A stretch of 64,000 nt of DNA from Pseudolysinimonas sp. (lineage in GTDB: Bacteria; Actinomycetota; Actinomycetes; Actinomycetales; Microbacteriaceae). The stretch lies in NCBI GenBank assembly GCA_035495435.1, contig DATJFV010000046.1, forward strand, positions 24,072 to 88,071, read 5' to 3'. Below, one piece after another: positions 1-9,787 of this stretch. Within the stretch, counting starts at the first letter, position 1. Every line of letters begins with the position of its first letter. A program made the translations under genes and the position numbers. The notes beneath the pieces are model-generated. The model did not search any database. It worked only from the letters and a program-made list of their open reading frames with translations, and was not told where the DNA came from.

Positions 1-541
1 ACGAGAGGAACGACTCGCGCTGCAAGGCGTCCGAGAGCTCGACCCGCACGTCAGCGCCCTCGGTGACGAGTCCCGGGGTGAGGGTGTACACCAGCAGCAG
101 GTCGCGCGGAAGCCCGGGGTTCAGCTCGGGAAGCGTCGAGTCGTCGAGTGCCAGCACGTAGTCGAGCACGCCGAAGGCGTGTGGATCGAAGCCGGGCACC
201 ACGGGTGCGATGTACTCGTCGAGTTCGGCGGACGAGGCGACATCGTGCGTGACGTTGGTGACGGTCGTCGCGACGACCAAGTACTCGATGCCGTCCTCGG
301 GGTCGGCCGGGCCGTAGGCCGGGTGCACGTTGCTGAGCCAGGCGTCGTCGACCCGGATGTCGAACCGATGACCGTGCAGCACCTGATTGGACGCGTAGGG
401 AGTCAGCGTCCGGCTGACCAGCGTGACCGTGTCCCATCCGCCGAGCGGCCAGGCGAGCAACGCGCCTGCCGCCGCGACCGCCACGACCCACACCAGCGGG
501 TGCAGGCGGGTCAGCCGCTGCCGCAGGGTCAGTCGCGCCAT
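1..541 (-). CDS. hypothetical membrane-anchored protein (3' end lies outside window)
   Basis: Absent from the ORF track because it runs off the window edge. My hand translation from ATG 541-539 stays open down to position 1 (MARLTLRQRLTRLHPLVWVVAVAAAGALLAWPLGGW...VVATTVTNVTHD...). It has an N-terminal hydrophobic helix. Its start overlaps the upstream stop by 1 nt (TGATG). No family recognised. Confidence 0.55.
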   Translation of the reverse strand, partial: MARLTLRQRLTRLHPLVWVVAVAAAGALLAWPLGGWDTVTLVSRTLTPYASNQVLHGHRFDIRVDDAWLSNVHPAYGPADPEDGIEYLVVATTVTNVTHDVASSAELDEYIAPVVPGFDPHAFGVLDYVLALDDSTLPELNPGLPRDLLLVYTLTPGLVTEGADVRVELSDALQRESFLS

Positions 542-900
542 CAGCGCCGCGAATCCTCCGCGGTGTACGGCACCTTGATCAGCACCCCGGCGAGGACGAA
601 CGCCAGGATCGCGACATACTGTGCCGCCACCCACCAGGGCCCGCTGATTCCGAGCGGGAACACCGGGTTCCAGACGACGGCGAGCGCCAGCATGATCGGC
701 AGCCACCACCAATGCCGTGCCTGGTAGGCGAACACCAGCACGATCAGGGCGAAGATCGATGCGATGTACCGGAAGACGATGAACGCTTCGCTGTCGAGCA
801 GCGCGATGCCGACCAGCAGCGCCACCGCGGCCAGCAGGCCCGGAGCCAGGGCCAGGCGCCGGAACGCCGGCCGGCCGTAACGATCGCGATTCCCCGACAT
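541..900 (-). CDS. small integral membrane protein (3-4 TM), function unknown
   Basis: 119-aa ORF with hydrophobic helices (LLAAVALLVGIALL, IFALIVLVFAY, WWWLPIMLALAVVW, VAILAFVLAGVLI). GC3-rich codon usage. Coupled to the downstream gene. Confidence 0.7.
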   Translation of the reverse strand: MSGNRDRYGRPAFRRLALAPGLLAAVALLVGIALLDSEAFIVFRYIASIFALIVLVFAYQARHWWWLPIMLALAVVWNPVFPLGISGPWWVAAQYVAILAFVLAGVLIKVPYTAEDSRR

Positions 901-956
901 CGCTCCCAGACTAACGGCCCATTGCCGGCGGTCCCTCGCTCCACTACCGTTCGGCC

Positions 957-1601
957 ATGGGTTTCTTCGGTGATCTCCTGAACTCGGCGAACCAGGCCCT
1001 CGGCGGGGCGGATGCCGAGGTCATCCAGAACGGCATCATCGGGCGCGGCGAGGTCCTCGGCGTCGACGCCTCGGGCATGACGCTGCAGATCGGCAACGGG
1101 CTGGTCGAGCGCAAGTGCACCCTCACCCTCAACGTGATGATCGACGGGCAGCAGCCCTGGCAGGCGCAGGTGACCCAGCGCATCCAGGAGGTCTACATCC
1201 CCCAGCTCACGGCCGGCGGAGCGGTCGTCGCGGTGCGTGTCGACCCGAACGATCACAACCGCATCGCGATCGACTTCGACACCCCGGTGCCTGAGGTGAC
1301 CCTGCCGGCGAGCGAGGGCACGAACAGCGCGGCGTGGATCCTCGAGCACGGCAAGCCGATCACCGTCGTCCTGGTTGCGAACTCCCCCATCGGGGTCAAG
1401 AACGCCAAGGGCGACCCGGTTCAGGCGCTGACCCTCACCGTGGCGACCGGCGTTCCGGAGCCCTACCAGATCCAGGTGGGCAACGCGGTGCCGGCCTCGG
1501 CTCTGCCGCTGGTCTTCCCGGGATCGAAACTCCACGCGAAGCTCGGCGACGGGCCCAACGATGTGGTGGTCGACTGGGCGGCGGGCGCCGTCAAGGAGTA
1601 G
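957..1601 (+). CDS. hypothetical protein
   Basis: 214-aa ORF with normal amino-acid composition, unlike the Arg-rich shadow frames around it. No motif recognised. Confidence 0.65.
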   Translation: MGFFGDLLNSANQALGGADAEVIQNGIIGRGEVLGVDASGMTLQIGNGLVERKCTLTLNVMIDGQQPWQAQVTQRIQEVYIPQLTAGGAVVAVRVDPNDHNRIAIDFDTPVPEVTLPASEGTNSAAWILEHGKPITVVLVANSPIGVKNAKGDPVQALTLTVATGVPEPYQIQVGNAVPASALPLVFPGSKLHAKLGDGPNDVVVDWAAGAVKE

Positions 1602-3087
1602 GCGCCGGTCGCAGACCGCGTGTCGCGGGCCCCTCGAGCAGGGTGCCGTCGGGAGCAAACCGCGAGCCGTGGGCCGGGCAGTCCCAGGAGCGCTCGTAGT
1701 CGTTCCACTGCACGACGGCTCCCAGGTGCGGGCAGACGGCGCAGACCTCGTTCGTCGCGCCCGCGACCGTCGAGACCGCTGTGGGCACGAGTCCCCGGCG
1801 ACCGACTTCTCCGTGGCCCTCGAGGGTGCGCTCGGGCACCGGATGCGTGAGGGCCCGCGCCCAGGATGTCGCGTACCAACGGGCGACGGCCAGGTTCTCG
1901 CCCAGGCCTACGGCGAAGGCCGCCGGAAGCGTCACCCGCCGGTGCAGGGTGCGCTGCCAGCCGGCGGAGTCCCCCAAGATGTCGCCCACGAGGGTGAGCG
2001 CCGTCGCCACCCCGTTCGTCATGCCCCACTTGGAAAAGCCCGACGCCAGGTACACCTTGCCGCCGCCACGCGGCAGCCAGCCGACGAAGGGCACGCCGTG
2101 CGGGGTCAGGTAGTCCTGTGCCGACCACTCGGCCACCGGCTCGGCACCGGGCCAGTTCTCGCGTGTCCAGGCGGCCAGATCGTCGGCCTGCGCCTGCTCC
2201 GAGGCAGCGCGCCCGACACCGTGGCTGTTTCCCCCGGTGAGCAGCAGCCCGCGCGCCTCGCGCACCGAGCGTGTGGGCTGCTCGACACCGAGGTACATGC
2301 CGGTCGGCAGGTGATCCTCGTCGACCCGCCACGCCTGGGCGTAGGAGCGCTTCGCCGCGAGCTTGGCGAAATACAGGCCGCGATCGAGGATGACGTGGCC
2401 GGTGGCCAGCACGACCCGGCGCGCCCGCAGCATCCGATCGCCCACCCGCACCGTCGCGAATTCGGCCAGGCGCCCCGCCTCGACCCCGGTGACGCGGGCG
2501 TCACCGGTCAGGGTGCCCCCGGCATCGCGCAGCTCGCGCGCCAGGGCAGCAACCAGCTGCAACGGCTCGATCTGGCCCTGATCGGCCAGCCGCACCGCGC
2601 CATGGGTGGGAAACGGCAGCCCGGCGTCACCGATCAGCTCGGTCGGGAGGCCGTGCGCACGCGCCAGCCGGTGCTCGGCCTCGACCTGGGCGACGCCCTC
2701 CGCGGTCGCGGCGTAGGTGATCGCATCGCGGCGCTCGAACGGGACGCCGTTCACCGCCGCGAAGCCGGCCAGCCACTCGAACGCGGCGGACTGGCTCTCG
2801 ACGTGTGCCGCGAGGGTGGATGCCGTGGCCCGCCCCCGGATGCGCTGCAGCATCGTGCCCTGCAGTTGGGTCACCTTCGCGGTCGTGTGCCCGGTGGTGA
2901 CGGCGCCCGGCTCGCGCGCCTCGAGCACCACCACATCCAGCCCCCGCCGGGCGAACATCGTGGCGGCCGTGAGTCCGGTGATCCCCGCCCCGACCACCAC
3001 GAGGTCGTGCACCCGGTCGTCGGCCGGGAACGGGTCGGAGGCGATCTGCGGCGCGTCGGTCATCCACAGGCTGGCGTGATCGGACAT
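1591..3087 (-). CDS. FAD-dependent oxidoreductase fused to a C-terminal Rieske [2Fe-2S] domain
   Basis: Dinucleotide-binding motif VVVGAGITGLTAA near the N-terminus. C-terminal Rieske ligand motifs CPHLG...CPAHGSRF. Confidence 0.85.
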   Translation of the reverse strand: MSDHASLWMTDAPQIASDPFPADDRVHDLVVVGAGITGLTAATMFARRGLDVVVLEAREPGAVTTGHTTAKVTQLQGTMLQRIRGRATASTLAAHVESQSAAFEWLAGFAAVNGVPFERRDAITYAATAEGVAQVEAEHRLARAHGLPTELIGDAGLPFPTHGAVRLADQGQIEPLQLVAALARELRDAGGTLTGDARVTGVEAGRLAEFATVRVGDRMLRARRVVLATGHVILDRGLYFAKLAAKRSYAQAWRVDEDHLPTGMYLGVEQPTRSVREARGLLLTGGNSHGVGRAASEQAQADDLAAWTRENWPGAEPVAEWSAQDYLTPHGVPFVGWLPRGGGKVYLASGFSKWGMTNGVATALTLVGDILGDSAGWQRTLHRRVTLPAAFAVGLGENLAVARWYATSWARALTHPVPERTLEGHGEVGRRGLVPTAVSTVAGATNEVCAVCPHLGAVVQWNDYERSWDCPAHGSRFAPDGTLLEGPATRGLRPAPTP

Positions 3088-3144
3088 GCCCCCACGCTAG
3101 GCCGTGCGGCCTGCATCGGGGCGGGTCTTGCGTAGGCTCACAGC

Positions 3145-4452
3145 GTGGACGCAGTCGACAGGTTCCGCGCGCTGCTGCGCATTCCGACGGTGTCCCGTGG
3201 TGACACCGCTCTCGAGGATCGCGAGGCGTTCAGCAGGTTCCGCGGCACGCTGACCGAGCTGTACCCGCGGCTGCATGAGCGCCTCGAGCTGGAGGTGCTG
3301 GCCGACGGCAGCCTGCTGTACCGCTGGCCCGGCCGGGGCGACGGGGCACCGGCCGTGCTGATGGCGCACCACGATGTCGTCCCCGCCGACGAGCCCGGAT
3401 GGCGGCACGAACCGTTCGCCGCAGAGCTGGCCGACGATCGTGTCTGGGGTCGCGGCACCCTGGACGACAAGGGCACCCTGGTGGCGATGCTCGAAGCCGT
3501 CGAGTCGCGGGTGGCCGCCGGGTTCGAGCCCGCAGCCGACCTCTACCTGTTCTCCGGGGCCAACGAGGAGACCACCGGTGCGGGCGCCTCGGCGGCGGTC
3601 GAGCTGCTGTCGGCGCGCGGGGTGCGTCCTGGGCTCGTGCTCGACGAGGGCGGCGCGGTGGCTGCCGACGCGTTCCCCGGCGTCTCCGGCGATGTCGCGT
3701 TCGTCGGGGTTGCCGAGAAGGGCATGGCGGGCATCCGGCTGGTGGCCGAGAAGCCGGGCGGCCACGCCGCCACCCCGGCGCGCAACGGAGCCACCACGAC
3801 GCTCGCGCGCGCGATCCTGCGACTGGAGCAGCATCCGGCGCCCGCGCGCCTCAGCGCGCCGGTGGCACAGATGCTGCGCGCCCTCGCGCCGCGCACGTCG
3901 GGTCTGCAGCGACGGCTGTTCCGCAGCCCGGAGCGCTACCGGCGAGCGCTGGTGCGCATCCTCGCGGCGCGCGGCGGCGAGGGCGAAGCGATCGTGCGCA
4001 CCACGCGTGCCGTGACCCGGCTGACCGGCAGCGCGGCGGACAACGTGATCGCCGAGCGGGCGACCGCGACCGTGAACGCCCGCATCGCGGTCGGGTCGAG
4101 CGTGGCGCGCACCGTCGACGAGGTGCGGCGCGCCGTCGGCGACGAGGTCCGGGTCGAGCTGGTGGCGGGCGGCGACCCGTCGCCGGTGTCGCCGGCCGCG
4201 GGGCCCGAGTGGGACCGCCTGACCCGGGCGATCGCCGCGACGTTCCCCGAGGCCGTCGTCGCCCCCTACGTGATGCTGCAGGCGAGCGACAGCCGGCATT
4301 TCACGGCGATCAGCGACACCGTGTACCGGTTCATGCCGTTCGACCTCACCGCGGCCGAGCGTGGCACGCTGCACGCCATCGACGAGAGCGTGCGGGTCGC
4401 GACCTGGCTGCGCGCGATCGACTTCTTCGACCGGTTGCTGGGCGAGCTCTAG
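3145..4452 (+). CDS. M20/M25/M40 family metallopeptidase
   Basis: GTG start. LLRIPTVS N-terminus, MAHHDVVP, WGRGTLDDKG and NEETTG motifs typical of M20 dimetal hydrolases. Confidence 0.85.
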   Translation: MDAVDRFRALLRIPTVSRGDTALEDREAFSRFRGTLTELYPRLHERLELEVLADGSLLYRWPGRGDGAPAVLMAHHDVVPADEPGWRHEPFAAELADDRVWGRGTLDDKGTLVAMLEAVESRVAAGFEPAADLYLFSGANEETTGAGASAAVELLSARGVRPGLVLDEGGAVAADAFPGVSGDVAFVGVAEKGMAGIRLVAEKPGGHAATPARNGATTTLARAILRLEQHPAPARLSAPVAQMLRALAPRTSGLQRRLFRSPERYRRALVRILAARGGEGEAIVRTTRAVTRLTGSAADNVIAERATATVNARIAVGSSVARTVDEVRRAVGDEVRVELVAGGDPSPVSPAAGPEWDRLTRAIAATFPEAVVAPYVMLQASDSRHFTAISDTVYRFMPFDLTAAERGTLHAIDESVRVATWLRAIDFFDRLLGEL

Positions 4453-5334
4453 TCAGGTGCCGGGGGCGGTCTTGGCCAGCCAGCCGTCGAGCTTGCTGGG
4501 CTTGTCCGAGACGATGCCGTCGACCCCGTAGGCGGTCGCCTCCCGCCAGCGTTTGACCGAGTTCAGGGTGTACAGCAGCACCCCGAGACCGGCGGCGTGC
4601 ATCTCGGCGACGGCGTCGGGATCCGTCTCGAGCGACCACGGTGTCGTCATGATCGCGATGGCGCCGTAGAACCTCGCGAGCCCGACCGGGTCGGCCGGCA
4701 GGTCGCGTCGGATGATCACCCGCGGGATGGCGGGGGCCGCCTCGCCGAGGTTCGCGATCGTGCCGAGGTGGAACCCCGCGAACACCACGCGGTTCTGCAC
4801 ACCGCGGGCGTAGACCTCGGCCAGCACGATGCCGATCTCGTCCTGGGTCCAGTACTCCTTCAGCTCCACCAGTGCGCGCTTGTGCGGCGTCGCGGCGAGC
4901 AGGTCGAGGAACTCCCCCAGTTGTGGAATGCGCGTCCCGGCGAACTTCTTCGCGTACCAGGACCCGGCGTCGAGCGCCTCGACCTCGGCCAGCGTGAGGT
5001 CGGCGACCGCTCCGGTTCCGTCGGTGGTGCGATCGACGGTCGGGTCGTGCAGCAGCACCGGGTAGCCGTCGGCGGTGAGCTGCACGTCGGTCTCGACGAT
5101 GTCGAGCCCCGAGGCGAACGCCGCCTGGAATGCCGGCATCGTGTTCTCGGGTGCGTCGGCGCGGTCGCCGCGGTGCCCCGCCACGAAAGCCGGCTCCCCC
5201 GGGGCGCGCAGCGGCCCGATCAGGCTCGGGGCGTAGGCCTGCACCGCCTGCGGGACGAGGACCAGGACGAGCACCGTCGCCACGGTGAGGGCGCTCGCGA
5301 GGGACGCTCGCGCGAGGGGATGCGTGGTCGCCAT
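4453..5334 (-). CDS. glycerophosphodiester phosphodiesterase (secreted or membrane-anchored)
   Basis: N-terminal signal-like helix. GDPD motifs GHRGDRADAPENT and ETDVQLTADGYPVLLHD. Confidence 0.9.
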   Translation of the reverse strand: MATTHPLARASLASALTVATVLVLVLVPQAVQAYAPSLIGPLRAPGEPAFVAGHRGDRADAPENTMPAFQAAFASGLDIVETDVQLTADGYPVLLHDPTVDRTTDGTGAVADLTLAEVEALDAGSWYAKKFAGTRIPQLGEFLDLLAATPHKRALVELKEYWTQDEIGIVLAEVYARGVQNRVVFAGFHLGTIANLGEAAPAIPRVIIRRDLPADPVGLARFYGAIAIMTTPWSLETDPDAVAEMHAAGLGVLLYTLNSVKRWREATAYGVDGIVSDKPSKLDGWLAKTAPGT

Positions 5335-5406
5335 TGACCGGCTTTCGGGAAGAGTCCGTCAGGGTCCCTCGACCGTAGCACGACCGTTACCGTTTCGTTA
5401 CATGAA

Positions 5407-6270
5407 TTAGATGAGCGCCTTGGTGTGCCAGACCGTCTTGGTCTCCACCGCGTTCAGGATGCGGTCGAGGCTGCGCTCGGGCACGCCCGGTTCCGGCCGC
5501 GTCACCCGCTTCAGCGTGTCGGCGGCGGAGATCTCCAGGTCGATCCAGTCGAGGCCCTCCGCCCCGGTCAGATCGAGCGCGTTGACGTCGGCGTGCGACG
5601 CCAGCCACGGCGCGATCTCGGCGGGCGACCCGGTCAGGATGTTCGCCACGCCACCCGGCACATCGCTCGTCGCGAGCACCTCGCCCAGACTGATGGCACT
5701 GAGCGGCCGGCTCTGATCCGCGACGACGACTGCGGTGTTGCCGGCGACGAGCGCCGGAGCGAGCACCCGGGTCAGGCCGAGCAGCGATCCGCCCTTCACA
5801 CCCTGCGGCGCGATGATCGCCACCACCCCGGTCGGCTCGGGCACCGACAGGTTGAAGTACGGACCGGCGACCGGGTTGCCGCTGCCGGCGACCTGCACGA
5901 ACTTGTCGCACCACCCTGCGTACCAGACCCAGGTGTCGATCGTCTCATCGACCTGCGCGGTCGCGGCTGCGGCCGAGCCGCCCTCGGATGCGGCGATCTC
6001 CTCCACGAACTGCGCGCGGCGTCCGTCGAGGATCTCCGCGACGCGGTACAGCACCTGGCCGCGGTTGTAGGCCGTCGCACCCGACCAGCCCGACACGGCC
6101 GAACGGGCGGCGACCACCGCATCCCGAGCGTCTTTGCGGGACGCCTGCGCGGCGTTCGCCAGGAACGCGCCCTTGGCCGACAGCACCTCATAGGACCGGC
6201 CCGACTCGGAGCGCGGGAACGCGCCGCCGATGTAGAGCTTGTAGGTCTTGGGAATGGTGAGGCGGGTCAC
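5407..6270 (-). CDS. truncated aldehyde-dehydrogenase-family protein (cofactor-binding part only)
   Basis: The ORF track gives 5407..6645. I place the start at GTG 6270, which has a GGGAGG RBS and a GTGA overlap with the upstream ALDH stop. The sequence aligns to the ALDH N-terminal and NAD domains (YKLYIGG, ...VANILTG) but ends before the ELGG and catalytic Cys motifs. Confidence 0.75.
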   Translation of the reverse strand: MTRLTIPKTYKLYIGGAFPRSESGRSYEVLSAKGAFLANAAQASRKDARDAVVAARSAVSGWSGATAYNRGQVLYRVAEILDGRRAQFVEEIAASEGGSAAAATAQVDETIDTWVWYAGWCDKFVQVAGSGNPVAGPYFNLSVPEPTGVVAIIAPQGVKGGSLLGLTRVLAPALVAGNTAVVVADQSRPLSAISLGEVLATSDVPGGVANILTGSPAEIAPWLASHADVNALDLTGAEGLDWIDLEISAADTLKRVTRPEPGVPERSLDRILNAVETKTVWHTKALI

Positions 6271-7748
6271 TTGCGTCCTCCCTTGGTCGTGGCGTTGGTC
6301 AGGTAGGCGGCCAGACCGTGACGACCGCCCTCGCGGCCGTAGCCCGACTCCTTGTACCCGCCGAACGGCGAGGCCGGATCGAACCGGTTGAAGGTGTTGG
6401 CCCAGATCACGCCGGCCCGCAGCTTGTCGGCGACGGCGAGGATCTTGGAGCCCTTGTCGCTCCAGATGCCGGCCGACAGCCCGTACGGGGTGTTGTTGGC
6501 CTTCGCGATGGCTTCGGCGGGAGTGCGGAAGGTCAGCACCGACAGCACCGGCCCGAAGATCTCCTCGCGGGCGATCGTCGACGAGGTCTCGACGCCCGTG
6601 AAGATCGTCGGGGCGAACCAGAACCCGTTCTCGGGGATCACACACGGTGCCGACCAGCGCTCGGCGCCCTCGCGCTCGCCGATGTCGCTGAGGGTGCGGA
6701 TGCGCTCCAACTGCTCGCGGGAGTTGATCGCACCGATGTCGGTGTTCTTGTCCAGCGGATCACCCAGGCGCAGCGTCGAGAGCCGGTTCTTCAGGCGCTC
6801 GACCACCTCGTCGTGGATGTTCTCCTGCACCAGGAGGCGCGACCCGGCACAGCAGACATGGCCCTGGTTGAAGAAGATGCCGTTGACGATGCCCTCGATC
6901 GCCTGATCGATCGGCGCGTCGTCGAACACGATGTTCGCGGCCTTGCCGCCCAGCTCGAGCGTCACCTTCTTGCCGGTGCCGGCCACCGCTTTGGCGATCT
7001 CGCGGCCGACACCGGTCGACCCGGTGAAGGCGACCTTGTCGACGCCCGGATGCCGCACCAGAGCCGCGCCCGTCTCACCGGCGCCCGTGACGATGTTCAC
7101 CACACCGGCCGGCAGGTCGGCCTGCTGCAGGATCTCGGCGAACAGCAGCGCGCTCAGCGGAGTGGTCTCGGCCGGCTTCAGCACCACCGTGTTGCCGGCG
7201 GCAAGCGCGGGCGCGATCTTCCACGCCAGCATCAGCAGCGGGAAGTTCCACGGGATCACCTGCGCCGCGACCCCGAGGGCACGGGGCGCGGCACCGAGGC
7301 CGGCGTAGTCGAGCTTGTCGGCCCAACCGGCGTAGTAGAAGAACCAGGCCGCGACCAGGGGCACGTCGACATCGCGGCTTTCCTTGATCGGCTTGCCGTT
7401 GTCGAGCGATTCGGCCACCGCCAGTTCGCGCGCGCGCTCCTGCACGAGCCGGGCGATGCGGAACAGGTACTTGCCCCGGTCGGCCCCCGACAGCTTCGAC
7501 CACGTCTTGTCGTAGGCCCGGCGCGCTGCGGCGACCGCCTTGTCGACGTCGGAGGCGTCGGCGGATGCGATGGTCGCGATCTTCTTCTCGGTCGCCGGAC
7601 TGATGGTCGAGAACGACTGCCCGTGACCATCCACCCAGTCGCCGTCGATGAACAGGCCGTAGCTCTTCTGCAGGTGCAGGATGCTGGTCGACTCGGGGGC
7701 GGGCGCGTACTCGAGGAAGCCGCGGCCCTGGATCTCGATGTCCTTCAT
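6267..7748 (-). CDS. NAD(P)-dependent aldehyde dehydrogenase
   Basis: 493 aa. Catalytic motifs ELGGKAA and QGHVCCAGSR. FTGSTGVG cofactor motif. Confidence 0.93.
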   Translation of the reverse strand: MKDIEIQGRGFLEYAPAPESTSILHLQKSYGLFIDGDWVDGHGQSFSTISPATEKKIATIASADASDVDKAVAAARRAYDKTWSKLSGADRGKYLFRIARLVQERARELAVAESLDNGKPIKESRDVDVPLVAAWFFYYAGWADKLDYAGLGAAPRALGVAAQVIPWNFPLLMLAWKIAPALAAGNTVVLKPAETTPLSALLFAEILQQADLPAGVVNIVTGAGETGAALVRHPGVDKVAFTGSTGVGREIAKAVAGTGKKVTLELGGKAANIVFDDAPIDQAIEGIVNGIFFNQGHVCCAGSRLLVQENIHDEVVERLKNRLSTLRLGDPLDKNTDIGAINSREQLERIRTLSDIGEREGAERWSAPCVIPENGFWFAPTIFTGVETSSTIAREEIFGPVLSVLTFRTPAEAIAKANNTPYGLSAGIWSDKGSKILAVADKLRAGVIWANTFNRFDPASPFGGYKESGYGREGGRHGLAAYLTNATTKGGRK

Positions 7749-7755
7749 GATGTCC

Positions 7756-8769
7756 TCAGTCGATCGTCACGTAGTCGGGGCCGGAGTAGCGGCCGGTCGT
7801 CATCTTCTGCCGCTGCAGCAGCACGTCGTTCAGCAGGCTCGAGGCGCCGAACCGGAACAGGTGCGGCTGCAGCCACTGCTCGCCCACCGTCTCGGCCACG
7901 GTCACCAGGTAGCGGATCGCGTCCTTCGACTGCCGGATGCCGCCCGCCGGCTTCACCCCGACCCGCTCGCCCGTGAGGCGGTGCCAGTCGCGCACCACCT
8001 CGAGCATGAGCAGCGTCACCGGCAGCGTCGCGGCCGGCTGCACCTTGCCCGTGGAGGTCTTGATGAAGTCGCCGCCGGCCAGGATCGCCAGCCAGGAGGC
8101 GCGGCGCACGTTGTCGTAGGTGTTCAGTTCGCCGGTCTCGAGGATCACCTTGAGGCTGGCGTAGCTGCCGTCCTCGCGCCGGCAGGCCTCCTTGACGGCC
8201 ACGATCTCGTCGAACACCTGGCCGTAGCGGCCCGCGAGGAAGGCGCCGCGGTCGATCACCATGTCGATCTCGTCGGCGCCGGCCTGCACCGCGTCCTGGG
8301 TGTCGGCCAGCTTCACGCGCAACGAAGCCCGCCCGCTGGGGAACGCGGTCGCCACCGCGGCCACCGAGATCAGTCCCTCGTCGGGATCGCCGTGCGCGGC
8401 ACCGAGGGCCGCCACCGCATCCGGCACCTTGTCGCCGTAGACGCAGACGGCCGCCACCCGCGGCGTCGTGGCGTCCGACGGATCGGGAGTCATCGCCTTC
8501 GCCACGAGCGAGCGCACCTTGCCGGGGGTGTCGGCGCCCTCGAGCGTGGTGAGGTCGATCAACTCGATGATGCGGTCGAGCGCCCACTTCTTCGACGTGG
8601 TCTTGATCGACCGCGTGGCGAGGCCCGCGGCACGCTGCTCGAGGCCCACGGCGTCGACACCGGGAAGTCCCTCGAGATGCAGGCGCAGGCTCTTCTCGGT
8701 GAGCTCGCTGCCGAGCAGGGCGACGGCGCGTTCGGCCGGTGCCAGGCTGACGGTCTGTTCGATGGTCAT
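7756..8769 (-). CDS. deoC: deoxyribose-phosphate aldolase (long form)
   Basis: Start set at ATG 8769 (MTIEQ), with an ATGA overlap with the upstream regulator's stop. DERA-type Schiff-base lysine context FIKTSTGK. Confidence 0.87.
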   Translation of the reverse strand: MTIEQTVSLAPAERAVALLGSELTEKSLRLHLEGLPGVDAVGLEQRAAGLATRSIKTTSKKWALDRIIELIDLTTLEGADTPGKVRSLVAKAMTPDPSDATTPRVAAVCVYGDKVPDAVAALGAAHGDPDEGLISVAAVATAFPSGRASLRVKLADTQDAVQAGADEIDMVIDRGAFLAGRYGQVFDEIVAVKEACRREDGSYASLKVILETGELNTYDNVRRASWLAILAGGDFIKTSTGKVQPAATLPVTLLMLEVVRDWHRLTGERVGVKPAGGIRQSKDAIRYLVTVAETVGEQWLQPHLFRFGASSLLNDVLLQRQKMTTGRYSGPDYVTID

Positions 8770-9707
8770 GCGTCCTCCAGAAGGGCTCGCGCGGTGCCCT
8801 CGTCGCTGACGAGGACCGTGCACAGCCCGCTCATCACGATGGCGCGCGCGACATCGTGTTTGCTCTGCCCGGCCACCACGAAGATCGCAGTCGCCGCGCT
8901 GCGGAGCTGGTCCAGGCCCAGCCCCACCGTACGCTCATCCAGAGCCGGGTCGACGATGTTGCCGTCGGCGTCGATGTAGCGCCCGACGACGTCGCCGACG
9001 GCGCCCTTGCGCACCAGTTCGGTCACATCGGCGGGGGTCAGGTAGCCGCTCTCGACCAGCACCGAGCTGGCGTCGGCGGTGCCCGCGCTGTAGAGGTAGG
9101 CGGATGCCTTCCCGGCCCGCTCGAGCACGTCGGCGACCGTGCGGTCGGCTTCGATCGCGCGCTTGGTCTCGAGTCGCTCGAGGATCGCGGGGCTCGGCAG
9201 CAGCACCGCGTGACCGTTGCCGCGCTGGGCGATGGTCCCGGCCATGTTGGCCGCACCGCCGGGCCGACGGTTGAGGCTCACGCCCCCATTGATCTGCACG
9301 ACGGTGACGCCGTTCGCCCACCCCTGCGGCAGCCGGTCGGCCACCTCGTTGAGGGTGCGGCCCCAGCTCACGCCGAGCACGCGCGGCACGGGCCGCAGGC
9401 TCGTCAGATAGTCGGCTGCGGCCTGAGCCACGCGGCTGGTGACCGTCTCCGGATTCTCGGGCACCGGCACGATGACCGCGTCGCGCAGGCCGAACCGGCT
9501 GCACAGGTCGCGCTCGAGTCCGAGGCGACGGGCACGCGGATGCACGATCTCGATGCGGACGATCCCCGACTCGCGCGCCTGGATCAGCAGGCGGCCCGCC
9601 TTCCAGCGGGAGATGCCCAGCAGTGCCCCGATCTCGTCCTGCGTCTTGTTGTCGTCGTAGTAGAGCTCGGCGACGCGCACGGACAGCAGCTCGTCATCTC
9701 GGGTCAT
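8766..9707 (-). CDS. SorC/DeoR-type sugar-binding transcriptional regulator
   Basis: Start at ATG 9707 behind a GAGGAGG RBS. N-terminal HTH (TQDEIGALLGISRWKAGRLL) followed by a sugar-phosphate-binding domain. Confidence 0.87.
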   Translation of the reverse strand: MTRDDELLSVRVAELYYDDNKTQDEIGALLGISRWKAGRLLIQARESGIVRIEIVHPRARRLGLERDLCSRFGLRDAVIVPVPENPETVTSRVAQAAADYLTSLRPVPRVLGVSWGRTLNEVADRLPQGWANGVTVVQINGGVSLNRRPGGAANMAGTIAQRGNGHAVLLPSPAILERLETKRAIEADRTVADVLERAGKASAYLYSAGTADASSVLVESGYLTPADVTELVRKGAVGDVVGRYIDADGNIVDPALDERTVGLGLDQLRSAATAIFVVAGQSKHDVARAIVMSGLCTVLVSDEGTARALLEDA

Positions 9708-9787
9708 GGTCACCTCCTCGCCTCCAACGCTAACCCGACATTCTGCATCCGCGCGCATGGATGCTCAGATGAGCAGCAGGTGCGCGC

